From Podarcis pityusensis (lineage: Eukaryota), in the NCBI GenBank assembly GCA_964106645.2, contig OZ067043.1: a stretch of DNA of 64,000 nt. One strand, 5' to 3'. Positions 1 to 11,461 of this stretch are shown piece by piece. Each line of letters begins with the position of its first letter. Within the stretch, counting starts at the first letter, position 1. A model generated the notes under the pieces. The model was given only the letters and a program-made list of their open reading frames with translations. It was not told the DNA's origin and did not search any database. Both the position numbers and the translations under genes were made by a program.

Positions 1-1519
1 GCATCTCTTTATTAGCTGTGGCCGGCAAAATTCTTACAAGGATCTTAGCAAACCATCTCCTAATAATATCTGAGGCTACCCTTCCTGAATCCCAAAATGG
101 TTTTCAACCTTCTAGAGGGACAGTGGACATTATTTTAACCGCTCGACAGCTTCAAGAAAAATGCAGAGAGCAAAACCAACCCCTGTATATGGTGTTTATT
201 GACCTGACTAAGGCCTTTGAAACTGTAAATCATAATGCCCTGTGGACTGTCCTTCTGAAAATCGGCTGCCCAGATAAATTTGTGAACATCCTTCGGCTCC
301 TCCATGATAAAATGACAGCAAGAATCACCGATAACAATGGCTCTCAAAGTGAACCATTCACAGTGGGATCAGGTGTTAAACAGGGTTGTGTTATGACCCC
401 AACTTTATTTATTATTTTCATCACCATGATCCTACACTTTGTCGAAGGGAAACTCCCCACCTAAGTAGAAATCATATATCATACAGATGGAAAGCTCTTT
501 AATCTGAGTAGGCTGAAAGCAAAGGTTACCATAACTTCCATCATAGAACTTGTATGCTGCTGACAACATAGTGTGTGCACACTCAGAGAACGACCTCCAA
601 ACCATCCTAAATATCTTTGCAGAAGCTTACGAAAAGCTTGGCCTATCGCTCGACATCCAAAAAACCAAAGTGCTGCACCAGCAAGCACAAAACAACCCTT
701 CTGTAGCACCACAAATCCAACTCAGCGGTGTAATGTTGGAAAGTATTGATCACTTCTACCTGGTCTTTCCACAAGGGCTGACATTGATGCCGAAATCAAG
801 CATCACCTGAGCTCTGCGAGGGCAGCTTTATCCTGATTGAAGTGCAGAGAGTTTGAGGACCGGGGAAACCAAAATGCTTGTTTGCAAAGCTATTATATTA
901 CAAATCTTACTGTATGCTTGTGAAATGTGGACCACTTATAAACTCCATCTCCAACTCCTCGAAAGATTCCATCAAAGGTATCTCCAAAAATTTTTACCTA
1001 TCACTTGGGAAGACAGGCGAACTAGTGCCAGTGTACTAGAAGAAGGAAAGATAACCAGTGTCGAAGCAATAATTCTTCAACATAGACTTCGATGGACTGG
1101 TCATGTTGTTTGGATGTCTGATTATCGTCTTTCAAAGCAACTACTCCATTCCGAACTTAAAAATGGAAAGTGTAATGCTGGTGGTCAACAAAAGAGGTTT
1201 AAAAGGCTCTCTCAAGACAAATCTAAAAACATGTAGTATAAACACTGACAACTGGGAAACACTGGCCTGCGCGTGCTCCAGTTGGAGAACAGCCTTTATC
1301 AAAGGTGTCATGGACTTTGAAGACACTTGAACTCAGGACAAAAGGGAGAAACGTGCTAAGAGGAAGGCACATTTGGCAAACCCTCATCCAGAAACCTATG
1401 TACCCGCTGTGGAAGGACGTGTGGATCCAGAATTGGCCTCCGCAGTCACTTATGGACTCACTGTTAAGACCGTGTTCATGGAAGACAATCTTACTCAGCT
1501 ATGAGTGATCGCCAAAGAA
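1..1519 (+). mobile_element. RTE-clade LINE, 3' part (RT domain to 3' end), decayed; runs off the left edge of the window
   Basis: ORF pieces 18-464 (PESQNGF..RGTVD..ARQLQEKCREQNQPLYMVFIDLTKAF..GVKQGC), 550-810 (YAAD for YADD) and 853-1236 (LLYACEMW..RLRWTGHV). C-terminal C2H2-like CTRCGRTCGSRIGLRSHLWTH at ~1400-1460. Ends GCCAAAGAA. Multiple stops and frameshifts. Confidence 0.93.
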
Positions 1520-3349
1520 TCTGACATCTAGACTGATCTAGAAACTATTGCTAGAGTGAAATAAATGTATTTTTGAGTAGCACATCTTCCAGAATTCAAG
1601 CATTCTATGCTCTGAATTACACTGGCACAAGAGTATCAGTGTCAAACTAGATGCGATGCAGGAGATTTGTGAAAGGATTTCCTGAAAATATATATTCTGA
1701 TCAGGGCCCTAACAGGTTTGTTTTTGTTTTTCAAAAAATCCAAGTGAGCCATTTGTCTTATATAAATCACCTTGTAAAGCTGCTATTTGCCTTGTAGTGG
1801 AAGCATTATAGGTATATTAAAAATATCAACCCCCCAGGAGATTCTGTTCACGAATCTACCACATCAAGCTGAGTTTAACCCTCATTTTCACTTTTTCTGA
1901 AGATACCAAATAGCAAAGCCAGTTGCATCCAAGAGATAAGCTAGAGTATGTTGCAATCTTGCTTCTCCCCCAAATTCAATAAATCTCTAATTCCTTTTCA
2001 CTTCTTTCCCCTATCTGTCAAAACCATTTTGAAAGGTACTTACTTTCACAGGGACCTAACCACTAATTGCTTAGGGAACCCTTGATTTTATCTGCTGTGA
2101 GTGGAATTCTATAAAAAGAGCCCTGACCTTTCCTGTGTTCAGCCTTCTGCACTACCCTGAACTGAGGAAGTCCACAATTTCACAATGCTGATTACTCTGC
2201 ACTTAACTAATGAAGAATGTGACATATAAAGAAAAGGCAAGAAAATGCCAGCAAAGTGGAAACTGTAGGGCTATCGTTGTCCCAAAGGTTTCGTCTCCAG
2301 AGCTTAAAATGCAGTTTGACTTTCCTTCTTTTTCTTACATGGGTTCCACTTGGACTGCTTTGCCCTGACTGTTACTTGCTGTTGTACCCAAAAACAAACC
2401 CTTAGAAAATAGAAAACAGATTGGAAGTTTGCCTGTTCAAATCTCCGCTGTCCTTCTATTGAAACGGCAGAAATCTAACAGCCTATGTTTATTTCCCTTT
2501 GGAAAGGTTTTCAAAGACCCAACTCTCCAGGGAGACTCCCAATGTGTATCTGATTATGTTATTAGGCTATATATGTGGAGATTTTCCTTCTGGCTAGGAA
2601 GTTTGGGAGGAATTTGTGGGAGGTGGGTGGGCTTTTGCACCTGTGAGAAGGTTCTCTCAATTGATCTGAAAATGATTGCATAAATACATGCAGGTTAAAC
2701 AAACCTATCTGCATACAAATCACTCTAAATCTCTTTTTCAGGTCATGCAAATTTTCAAAGGCGTTTTAGTTTGAGGCAAAGCCACAGATGCCACATTAGA
2801 AGTTCATTCGGCTGAGGAATTTCTGCTCAAATAGATTCTACCGCCTCCAGAAAGAACAACTTTGAAACATAGGCTTGGGCTTTGAATTTTAAACATCTGC
2901 TTGTAAACACCAACTGGAGCACTGGAGGAGCATAATCTATAGCAAATATTCAATCCATGCTGGCTTCAAAGGACATTTTAATGGAAGCATTTTTGAAATA
3001 CTGCATTTGGAGCCACAACACCATCAGAACTGCAAAGAATTTCAAAGGTGTGTATATTCTTTTTCTTCCCCAATGGAGCATTCAAATGCTGAGGTGTGAA
3101 ACCCTCCCATTGAAACAGAAAGGCTATCAAGTACAGAACATTTGACTCCCAAAGGTGCCTTGTTGCTTGCACAGAAGACCTATGGAAATTGATAGGACTC
3201 TGGTCTGTTCTGCACTTTGCATATATGTGATACAATATTGTCAAGCTTCATAGTGAGCGCTCATTAAATAGCTATCAAGTCTGTGGATCCTTGTTTTGGA
3301 CCTACCAATGAAAACAATGGTGGGAAACATGAGCAGCTATAGTTGGTGA

Positions 3350-3445
3350 TAGAGAATGTCTTTGGCTACCAGCCAATGTAGACAGTACTGTGCTATAGGA
3401 ACCAATGGTCTAACTTCGTACACGGCAACTTCCTGTGTTCCTATG
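3350..3445 (+). mobile_element. 3' part of a tRNA-headed squamate SINE with CR1-like tail, decayed
   Basis: CCAGCCAATGTAGACAGTACTG..CCAATGGTCT..CAACTTCCTGTGTTCCTATG; shares sequence with the 3' part of the SINE at 21655-21810. Confidence 0.5.
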
Positions 3446-4959
3446 GCTGGTGCATATACTTATTTAAGAGAGTTTTTAATAGACTTTTGCTTGACTCTTG
3501 GTTTTAGAAGTACAGTCATAAAGAGGAAAGGTCATATTTGTTTATTTCTGTTGGTGTCTTCCTGATACAAGTGTGCAGGGCTTATTCTCAAATGGAGGAT
3601 TTGCTCTGGCTGCTTTTTCCGGGAGTTATGCAACAATCCAGGCAACAGTGCTTATTTGCATTTCTATGCCACCTTCCTCAGAAATCAACAAAGCTTTTTG
3701 CAAGCATTAATGAATTGCTCTTCACAACTCAGTTTACAGCTGGGTCTGCTTTTGTTTTGTTTAAGCTGTTCAGTTATTAACACAAGCTCAGATGTGGTTA
3801 TGATGGACAGATGGCTACTACCTGATAGAAACAATTTTTATACCTGTGAAGAGAAACTTTTCATATGTCAAATTGACTTTGCTTTTCTAAATATAAACTT
3901 TACTAGCAGGCTTCTGTTTTTCCCTGTTGCTACCAAGTCATTTTTAAAGGCACTTTTAAAAGTCATTTTAAAATGCTCTAATAGTCTTTGTTTACGTTTT
4001 ATAAACTTTTTTGAGTTGCCTTCAATAACTTTTGTGAAAGCAGCTGTGGGATACAGTTATGCATATAACCCGAACAGTGTAACGATAACTCTGCCCACCC
4101 TCCATGACCATTAAGGGGTGTTCCCCAAATGAGGTTTCCTTAATTTATTATTTCTTAATAATGCTGTTCAACAGGGAAAATTCAACTGGCTTGGACTTAT
4201 TTACAGAAGAGCCTTGTAGAGATTTGCAGACCCAGTTGGTTTTGTTCCAGAAATAAATTTGGTATCCCAAAAACACATGTATTTCTTGCTCATCCCAGCC
4301 TGAGCTTTGGATTAACAAAATGAATGGCTGCTACAGTAGTGGTGTGCTAAGCCCAAGTGTCTAACTTTACAGAATCCTACTGCATAGAGGGCAATATGAA
4401 GGGTAGAATGCTGGAAGGGCACTTTCACTTTCACACCAGTCATTTACTGTCTATTTGCATGCACTCATTTTTTTTGGGGGGGGGGGTGGATGTGTGCATA
4501 CTCACATGGCATCATGCTTGAGTTGTAAACATCCCAGTGCTCCCTTTGTTGATGCAGATTTTCCCATATCAGAAAAAGAACAAAATTAGTACTTCTTCTT
4601 AGTACCAGAATACTTTCTGGACTTTTTCCAGACCAAATGCCAACCCTCCAAATCTATAGCAGTGGACTACCAAAACTCATGGTTGAAATTTGTCTCTCTC
4701 AACCCCCCGCCCGAACCTTTGATGACATTTCTGGGTTTTTAAATTTGTGCTAAACAACAAACACAAAGTGATAAACGTGCAGTGGCATATTACCTTGGAT
4801 GTTGGCTCCTTTATTATTGAGGAATTGCATTATCTTTCCAATTTAGCAGCTACCATACCACAGGAAAACAAGACATGGTAGGGGATTGTGAACATATTCC
4901 CTATATGTTGTCACTGGTGTAGTAGATGTGCCCACAAATGAATGGAGGGATAGATAGAC

Positions 4960-5063
4960 CAGAGATGTGGCCCTCCAGATGTTGTTGGACTCCAACTCCC
5001 ATCAGCCCTAACCTGCATAGTCAATGGTCAGAGAGGATGGGAGCTGTAGTCCAGCAACATCTG
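4960..5063. mobile_element. Palindromic non-autonomous DNA transposon (hAT-like MITE family, several copies in window)
   Basis: CAGATGTTGTTGGACTCCAACTCCCATC ... GATGGGAGCTGTAGTCCAGCAACATCTG inverted arms. Confidence 0.75.
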
Positions 5064-8000
5064 TTTTAGGCAAACAAAAAGCAAAGTACCCTAACAAGCT
5101 TTCAAATCACACAGAGGGAAAGGCAAGGGAGACCAGTGACACAGGGAGAGAATTCATGAGGTTAAGTGTCTTAAAAGTTAACAAAGACATGCCAGACTTT
5201 CCCTGCTCAGATGTTTTTGACAGGGTTGGTTGCTATGGTATTTGGGCTATAACCAAGGTCATGGGTTTAGTTGCCAGGTTGCAATGAGCATCCTGTTTGG
5301 TATCTCTTTTTCGTTTGTTTACTGTGAAGTGATCTATAATTGTGACAGTTTTATAGCACTGATTATCTTTTCTGTCACTTGTGCCTGATTGCAACCACTA
5401 ACTGCGACCAGTCTTCACATTGGGATCATCAGTGCTGCCTTCCTTTCCCCCTTTGCCCCATTCAGTTGTTCATTTATTCATTCATATGAAGTGTGTATTG
5501 TTCACAGCTGCCTTTGTCTTATTCTACTGCAATTTCCATGTCCTAAGGTTGAATCTGTGAACTGATTCCTATCTATTACGAAATGGCTGCTCCTTTACAA
5601 CAACACTTTATGTCTGGAAAGTATCAAGTGCTTCTGAGACAGAACTCTAAACTTTCCCAATCGTTACTTTCAACCTGTCCAGCACAAAGTTGGGAAACAT
5701 GGTAAAAAGGAGTGCAGTGAATTTGATTGAGGCTACCTAGAAATGGTACCTTGAGATTGCTGGATGTACTTTAACAGGTTTAACTTATTTTAAACAGGGG
5801 GTGGTGGGGCATTCGTTTTATAAATGTGTGAATAAAAGACAGACCACTCATATTGAAAAAAACAACAAAAAATCCTTATAAAGCAGACATCTTTACTGTG
5901 TCCTTCCTCCTGACATTTCTTTCTGATAACGCATCTCCACGAAACTCCAGCTGTGGTTCCCAAGGGAAGCCACTCTTTTTCATTTAATTTGAATTGATTT
6001 CTCTCTCTTTACAATTGCAAACATGAAAAGAGCTTGTGAAAACCATTCCACCTCTTCTGTGTTTCAGCTCAGCCTGAAAAGCAGGTCTTTACTTGGTTTT
6101 CTGTCTTAAAAAGGAAGGGAAGGAGGAAGGATAGTAACATATTTTAGGGTTCCTAATTAATTCTTGTATTTACAGTGCCTGTCAAGTTGCAGCTCACAAA
6201 TTCTTGATCATACACTTTTAGTGAATGGTGTTAAGAGTCAAGAAGTTGAGATTAACAACTGCACATGGTGCAAGAACAGGTCTATTCAAAGGTGGTTTCC
6301 TATTCAGCCACTATGTTTCCTATAAACATAGAAAACCTATACGTGTCACAGCTCCCCTCAACTGTACAATTGCCCTCTGGCTTAATGGACAAGAAGATCT
6401 TTTGCATGTTCTCCTGATGCCCTTTCTGCGGCCTCTCATGCCTTCTGTTGCCAGAAACTTTGGATGCATGTCAGCCTGATCAGTGGAGAGTATAGCTACC
6501 ACAAATCAATACGCTTCTCTCGTCTCTCATGCTCAACGGCAGCAGATGTTCGTCTCCACTATTGCAGCTGAAGATCTGACCACTTCAAAAGATAAGAGTT
6601 TCTGTCACAAAATTTTCTCTCTCTGTGGCATAACTCATGAAATCTATGATATTGGTTGTGGTTTCCAACACAGAGAAATAAACGTTTGTGTGACACAGTG
6701 CACAGAGTGTGTGTTGACTTATGGGATTATTGCATTAACCTTTGCAAGGCCAGCCATGGCTACAAACTCACCTCAAGTACATCTGTTCAAAATGAAGGAT
6801 GTTCCAAACACTACAGAGTGGCAAACTCAGGTTCCCATTGAGGGTAGGGAACTCCACCCAATTATGGCTCCACAATGAATGCTTCTCTACGTTTCATGTG
6901 TTCTTTTTCAAATATGAATAGGTTTGCCACATTACTTTAAAATATATTATGTGAAGTGACCTTGACCTGAGTACCAATTCATTCATCAATGCCCAAGGGA
7001 AAATGGGCTTCTGCCAGCGTACTGAGGTAATGAGAAGCAAGAGACCCAATTAGTGAAGTTGTCCCTGACAACCTTAGCACCTACAGTTGATGGCTGAATT
7101 GGACAATATGCCCAGAGATATCTGGTCAGTCTCATAACAGTCCCTCTCTTCACCAGGTTATTTTCTATCCATGAAATAAAACATACAGGGCCCCCATATC
7201 TTTCCCCCCTGTATGCCTTCCAGTCTAATTAATTTTACCAATAAGTAATTGGTAAATTGATAACTGAAAAAGAAATTGGTAATTGAAATTGGTAATTGAA
7301 AAAGAACAATGATTTCTTGTGTTTTATACAATCAGAAATATGGCCCAAGTAGAAAGGCATTAGTATCGCCTTCTGACCAGGTTTGCAGCTCTTGCACATG
7401 CTAATTTTCAAATGTTTTTCTTTAAAGGTGTCTCATTTGCCTTGGCCCTGAACTTTTCAGTCTGTGGGCCATTCTTCAGCTCTTCTCAAGCTAAGCAGCA
7501 CTGCGGGAGAAGCTGTTGAGAATTCAGGATGTGGACATTTAACTATGCCATTTCCTATACTGGAATATAACACTCCATAAGATCTAGCATTGCTTTTCTG
7601 AGTAAACAAAACCTTGGTTTATGACCCACAAACTCTATAATTAATGTTGCTTGTGGAGGTGGGAGTGCTTAGATCTTGCTTTACTTTCTTAGAGTTGTCT
7701 CCCATTTGCAAAGATAAATTGTTTGCCTTCTCTGTCAAAGATAATTAATTAGAGCAATGTTCAGTCAGAAAATTCAGTTCCATAATAATCAGAAAACTCT
7801 GCATTATGTTCCTTGTGACACCAATAACTCAACTCACTAGTATGCTTTTAATTGCTCCAAATGCAGGTTGCCAGGCAAAGTATACATGCAAGTCAGTAAA
7901 TATTTGTTCTATGAATATGGTTTAATGATGTGGAGGAACAATCAGTGATATGCATTATCCATCCTGCTAATATACGAGCATAATAGTTCCAGTCAGACTT

Positions 8001-8879
8001 GATACATTGTTGTTAATATAACCAGAATTCCTATCCGAGCGGATAATGATCTCTCACTAATCATGGAGAATGTTAGCCTGTGGATTCTTAAGATAATTGT
8101 CTCTTTAATTAATGGTAGATCAGATAGTGGCATTACTCTGCTTGTCTGATCGATTAGAGGAAGAATGTAACTTTAAGGCAAATAGCGCCAAAGGCCCTTT
8201 ATCCATATTATACGGGGGGGGGGGGGAGCAATGATGGAAAAACCTGTAGAGAAACCAGTCCCTTAGGGAAAGGGGATTTATCTTTTCCGGTGATTCTGGC
8301 AGAGTAGCAAGCTAGCCAATGATTAGCTGTGTTGGCAAATGAGTGAGAAATTCATTGGCTGCCTCCGTCCCACCAATGAAGAGGAAAGATGCATATAAAA
8401 AGCAGGAATTTGCTGTAATGGAAATAAAATTGTCCCACGTTTTCACCCAGACTTGCAGGGAGGTAATCCAAAAGAAGAGCTGTCTAGCCTCAGCAAAGAT
8501 GATCTATGTGCATGCCAATAATTAGAAAGGGAGATACAGACACATCCATAATACACAACTGTTATATGGCCCAAGTCACCAGGATGTTTTCCTGTGGAAG
8601 TGCCATTAAATGAATGGAAGCTGCACACAAACTTTGTATTTGGTCTCAATGGCGCTTCAGCATATTAGAGCTTGAACATACTTTTCACCAGTGGCAGTAT
8701 ATGAGTCACAGCCCGTGCCTCCATAGGGTGCTCTCAACCAGTCACCAAATGCATACCTCCCTGCTGCTGACCTCACTACCCCTGCCTCCAACCAGTCCAA
8801 TGGAGACATCCAAAGCACTACCTGTTCCATCTGCACTGGATCGGTTTCACCTTTTGTGGCCTCAGGATGTTGATGTGTT

Positions 8880-9290
8880 TGAAGAAGTGTAGCCAACCTA
8901 CCCCTTTTACCCATGTTCATCTTGGCTTCTTAGAGCTGGCTGTAGTGGGTTGACTGGGTGGGTCCAAGGAGTGATCAGGGCTTCACTGCAGGAAGGGGAA
9001 GAACCACACGCCTTGAAGTAAGAAGTGGTGTGCTCCCCCCTTAAGAAGATCTCCCTGGATCCAGAAGTGTTAAACAACAATGGCCCAGTGAAGAATACCA
9101 CTTTTCAGGGCATGGCATGGTTTTTAGTGAATGCTGATGATGACACAACTCTTTACCCTGGCCTTTGGCACCTGATATTTATATTTTCACTCTGGGTTGT
9201 GTGTGTGTTTGTTTTGTAAATGTAAGTTTTTAAAACTGTGTTTAATGTTGAATTTTAAATTGCTGTATCCTGCTGGGACCTTGGGGGGTT
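8880..9290 (+). mobile_element. L2 LINE fragment, old and internally deleted
   Basis: Translates as VVCSPLKKISLDPEVLNNNGPV (decayed L2 PLLKK.SLDP..L.NYRPV motif), then jumps to an L2-type 3' end. Confidence 0.6.
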
Positions 9291-9292
9291 AT

Positions 9293-9314
9293 CACCACCA
9301 CCACCACCACCACC
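9293..9314 (+). repeat. (CAC)n microsatellite
   Basis: Direct reading; explains the poly-His in ORF 9197-9448. Confidence 0.9.
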
Positions 9315-9589
9315 ATTATTATTTCTGTGCTCAGAAGCAGCACAGCCAATGTGGATTGTTCAGAACCCCTTTACGAATTCACAGGCCTGAAACTCCTCCT
9401 AGTGCCATCAACAGATCAGTACCCCTTGGCCCACATGAAAGTGATTAATTGGTATAGCCCTGGGAAGCAAATCCCGAGGAAAATTCCTCGTTCCCTCCCC
9501 TCCAGCCAAAGTAATTATAGCCTTATGAGATCAATGACAAAAGAGTTTCCAGAGGAGTACCTGTGTTGCAGCAGAACCCGGAAAGACAC

Positions 9590-9760
9590 CTATGACACCT
9601 TAAAGACTAATAGATTTATTTTGGTGCTTGAGTCTACTTCAGCAGATGAATGACGTGAAATCCTAAATTGACAGATGTAGCTGTAAGGAGGGGGAGGTTT
9701 GTAAACAGTGGGGTCAGAGAGAAATGAAAAGCAAGACTGATAAATGCTTCAGTTCACAGA
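9590..9760. mobile_element. Penelope-like element terminal remnant
   Basis: CACCTTAAAGACTAATAGATTTATT..GAGTCTACTTCAGCAGATG resembles reptile Penelope pseudo-LTR sequence (recalled pattern). Confidence 0.55.
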
Positions 9761-9887
9761 GAAGCATAGAATCAGATCCAAAGAGTACGGAACACATTTT
9801 GTGGGCACTTTCACCTCTATGAATATGTAACTCCTTTTCAAAATGGCCCACATAATCCATCCCTTAGCATCTAATGCAGTTGTAGTC

Positions 9888-10016
9888 ACTGTGGTACCCT
9901 CCAAAAGTTGTTGGAAACAACTCTCATCATCCCTTGGTATTGTCCATATTACTGTCTTGGGGCTGATGGGAGTAGGGAACTAACAGCATCTGGAGGGCAT
10001 CACATTGGCTACTGCA
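9888..10016. mobile_element. Palindromic hAT-like MITE (same family as 4960-5063)
   Basis: CCCTCCAAAAGTTGTTGG..CAACTCTCATCA ... TGATGGGAGTAG..AACAGCATCTGGAGGG. Confidence 0.7.
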
Positions 10017-10332
10017 GACCTAATGCACGAAATATCTGAGCTGGCTATAGATCCAAGGGACATAGAAATTCTCTCATTTTCTCAGCAGGAATGAATGCTA
10101 GCATTTCTCAGGATTTCTCATACAAACCAACATGTGAACTGTGAATCACAAAGTTAAAGATCAGCAACGAGTCTGCTCAAAATCATGATACTGAGATAGA
10201 AAATAGTTGTGGAGCAGCTATGAGAGGGTAGGGTGGTATAGCAACCACCTGAATGGGGGATAACTTGACACCAGTTAGGAGAGAGCCTATTAATTGTTAA
10301 CTTACCTGTTAATAATAAGAAGAATCTTACCT

Positions 10333-10335
<3 letters not shown>

Positions 10336-10380
<45 letters not shown>

Positions 10381-10505
10381 TTATTTATACCCCGCCCATC
10401 TGGCTGGGTTTTCCCAGCCACTCTGGGCGGCTTCCAATAAAATACTAAAATACAATAACCTATTAAACATTAAAAGCTTCCCTAAACAGTGCTGCCTTCA
10501 GATGT
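10336..10505 (-). mobile_element. L2 3' end with (TTA)n tail
   Basis: (TAA)n followed by TTTATTTATACCCCGCCCATCTGGCTGGG..CCACTCTGGGCGGCTTCC..GCTGCCTTCAGATG; matches the 3' ends at 18790 and 38000-38150. Confidence 0.85.
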
Positions 10506-10671
10506 TAAATTTATAGGCCACCTTTTCAACAAATGGTACTCAAGGTTTCTAACAGCAAAAGGTAAAATATAAAATAAGAATTCGAAACTAATCAGGCAAA
10601 GCATATAAATGAAATTGAACAAGGCTATAACCAGTTGGAACAAGTTCAACAAACTTACAGTGGCTGTCACT

Positions 10672-10802
10672 CAGGTGTGGGGGATGTTCGGCCCTCCAGA
10701 TGTTGCTGAACTACAACTCACACAATTCCTGCCCATTGACCACGCTTGGTGAAGCTGATGAGAGTTATAGTTCAACAACATTTGGAAAGCTCCCTACATC
10801 TG
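10672..10802. mobile_element. Palindromic hAT-like MITE
   Basis: Termini CAGGTGTGGGG...CCCTACATCTG; internal arms GATGTTGCTGAACTACAACTC / GAGTTATAGTTCAACAACAT. Confidence 0.75.
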
Positions 10803-10880
10803 CTATAGCCTGTCAGCTTATGAGGCCAAAGCTGTGTCTGAATAAGAATAATGTTGCACACTAGCCCAATCTCTGAGCGG

Positions 10881-11461
10881 TGTGAGATTCCAGGGGTTCC
10901 ATGCGCTTACCCATGGTTTGGTTATCTTGGAATGAGGAACAGCAGAGACTATGGTGTCTTTATGGTTTATTTACACATATATACAACTTGAGCCTAAGAT
11001 GGAGGGGCTCACAGCATTAACACCCCAAGAGTGTCTTGGTTCTCCCATAGCCACAGCCTTGGGTTCCAACAGAAATCAGGCATCGCTCTGCCTCTCCCAG
11101 CTGCCTAGTCTGCAGCTTCCACCTCAACTTCCCACTCTGGCCTTTGCCTTTCTAACTACCAGTAAGTTTGAGGGAGAGGGCCCCACCCATCTGCTATCTG
11201 GCACAAAGCGGAGGCAGTTTTAAGATAGTGCGACCAGTTTGGCTGCACTGGGGGCACCACAACAATGCTGTAGAATGGTGCATCTGCAGGAGCACAACCA
11301 GATGCCTTCATCAGCCCCAGCTGCAGTAAAACATGTCTTTCCCGTATTTGTCTTTACAGCCTCAGCAAGCTCTGTAACCTTCCAACTGTTTGACTTTACC
11401 CCTAATGGTACACTCTTCCACTGATTCTCAAGACAGTAGATGCCAACAACAGTGGGTTACA
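10881..11461 (-). mobile_element. Possible solo LTR (TG..CA) containing an RTE 3' fragment
   Basis: Begins TGTGAG and ends GGGTTACA; AATAAA on the minus strand near 10970; no matching TSD found. Confidence 0.35.
11240..11450 (+). mobile_element. RTE 3' end fragment
   Basis: TTTGACTTTACCCC..CTCAAGACAGTAGATGCCAACAAC is the reverse-complement homologue of 31112-31180; (AAC) tail. Confidence 0.6.

Noticed and set aside
3656-4114. 152-aa ORF
   Set aside because: AT-rich, F/L/K-biased translation typical of non-coding DNA; non-ATG start.
6483-6878. 131-aa ORF as a host gene exon
   Set aside because: GTG start, no recognisable domain, no convincing splice boundaries; length compatible with chance.
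9197-9448. Poly-His protein
   Set aside because: Produced by a (CAC)n microsatellite at an L2 tail.
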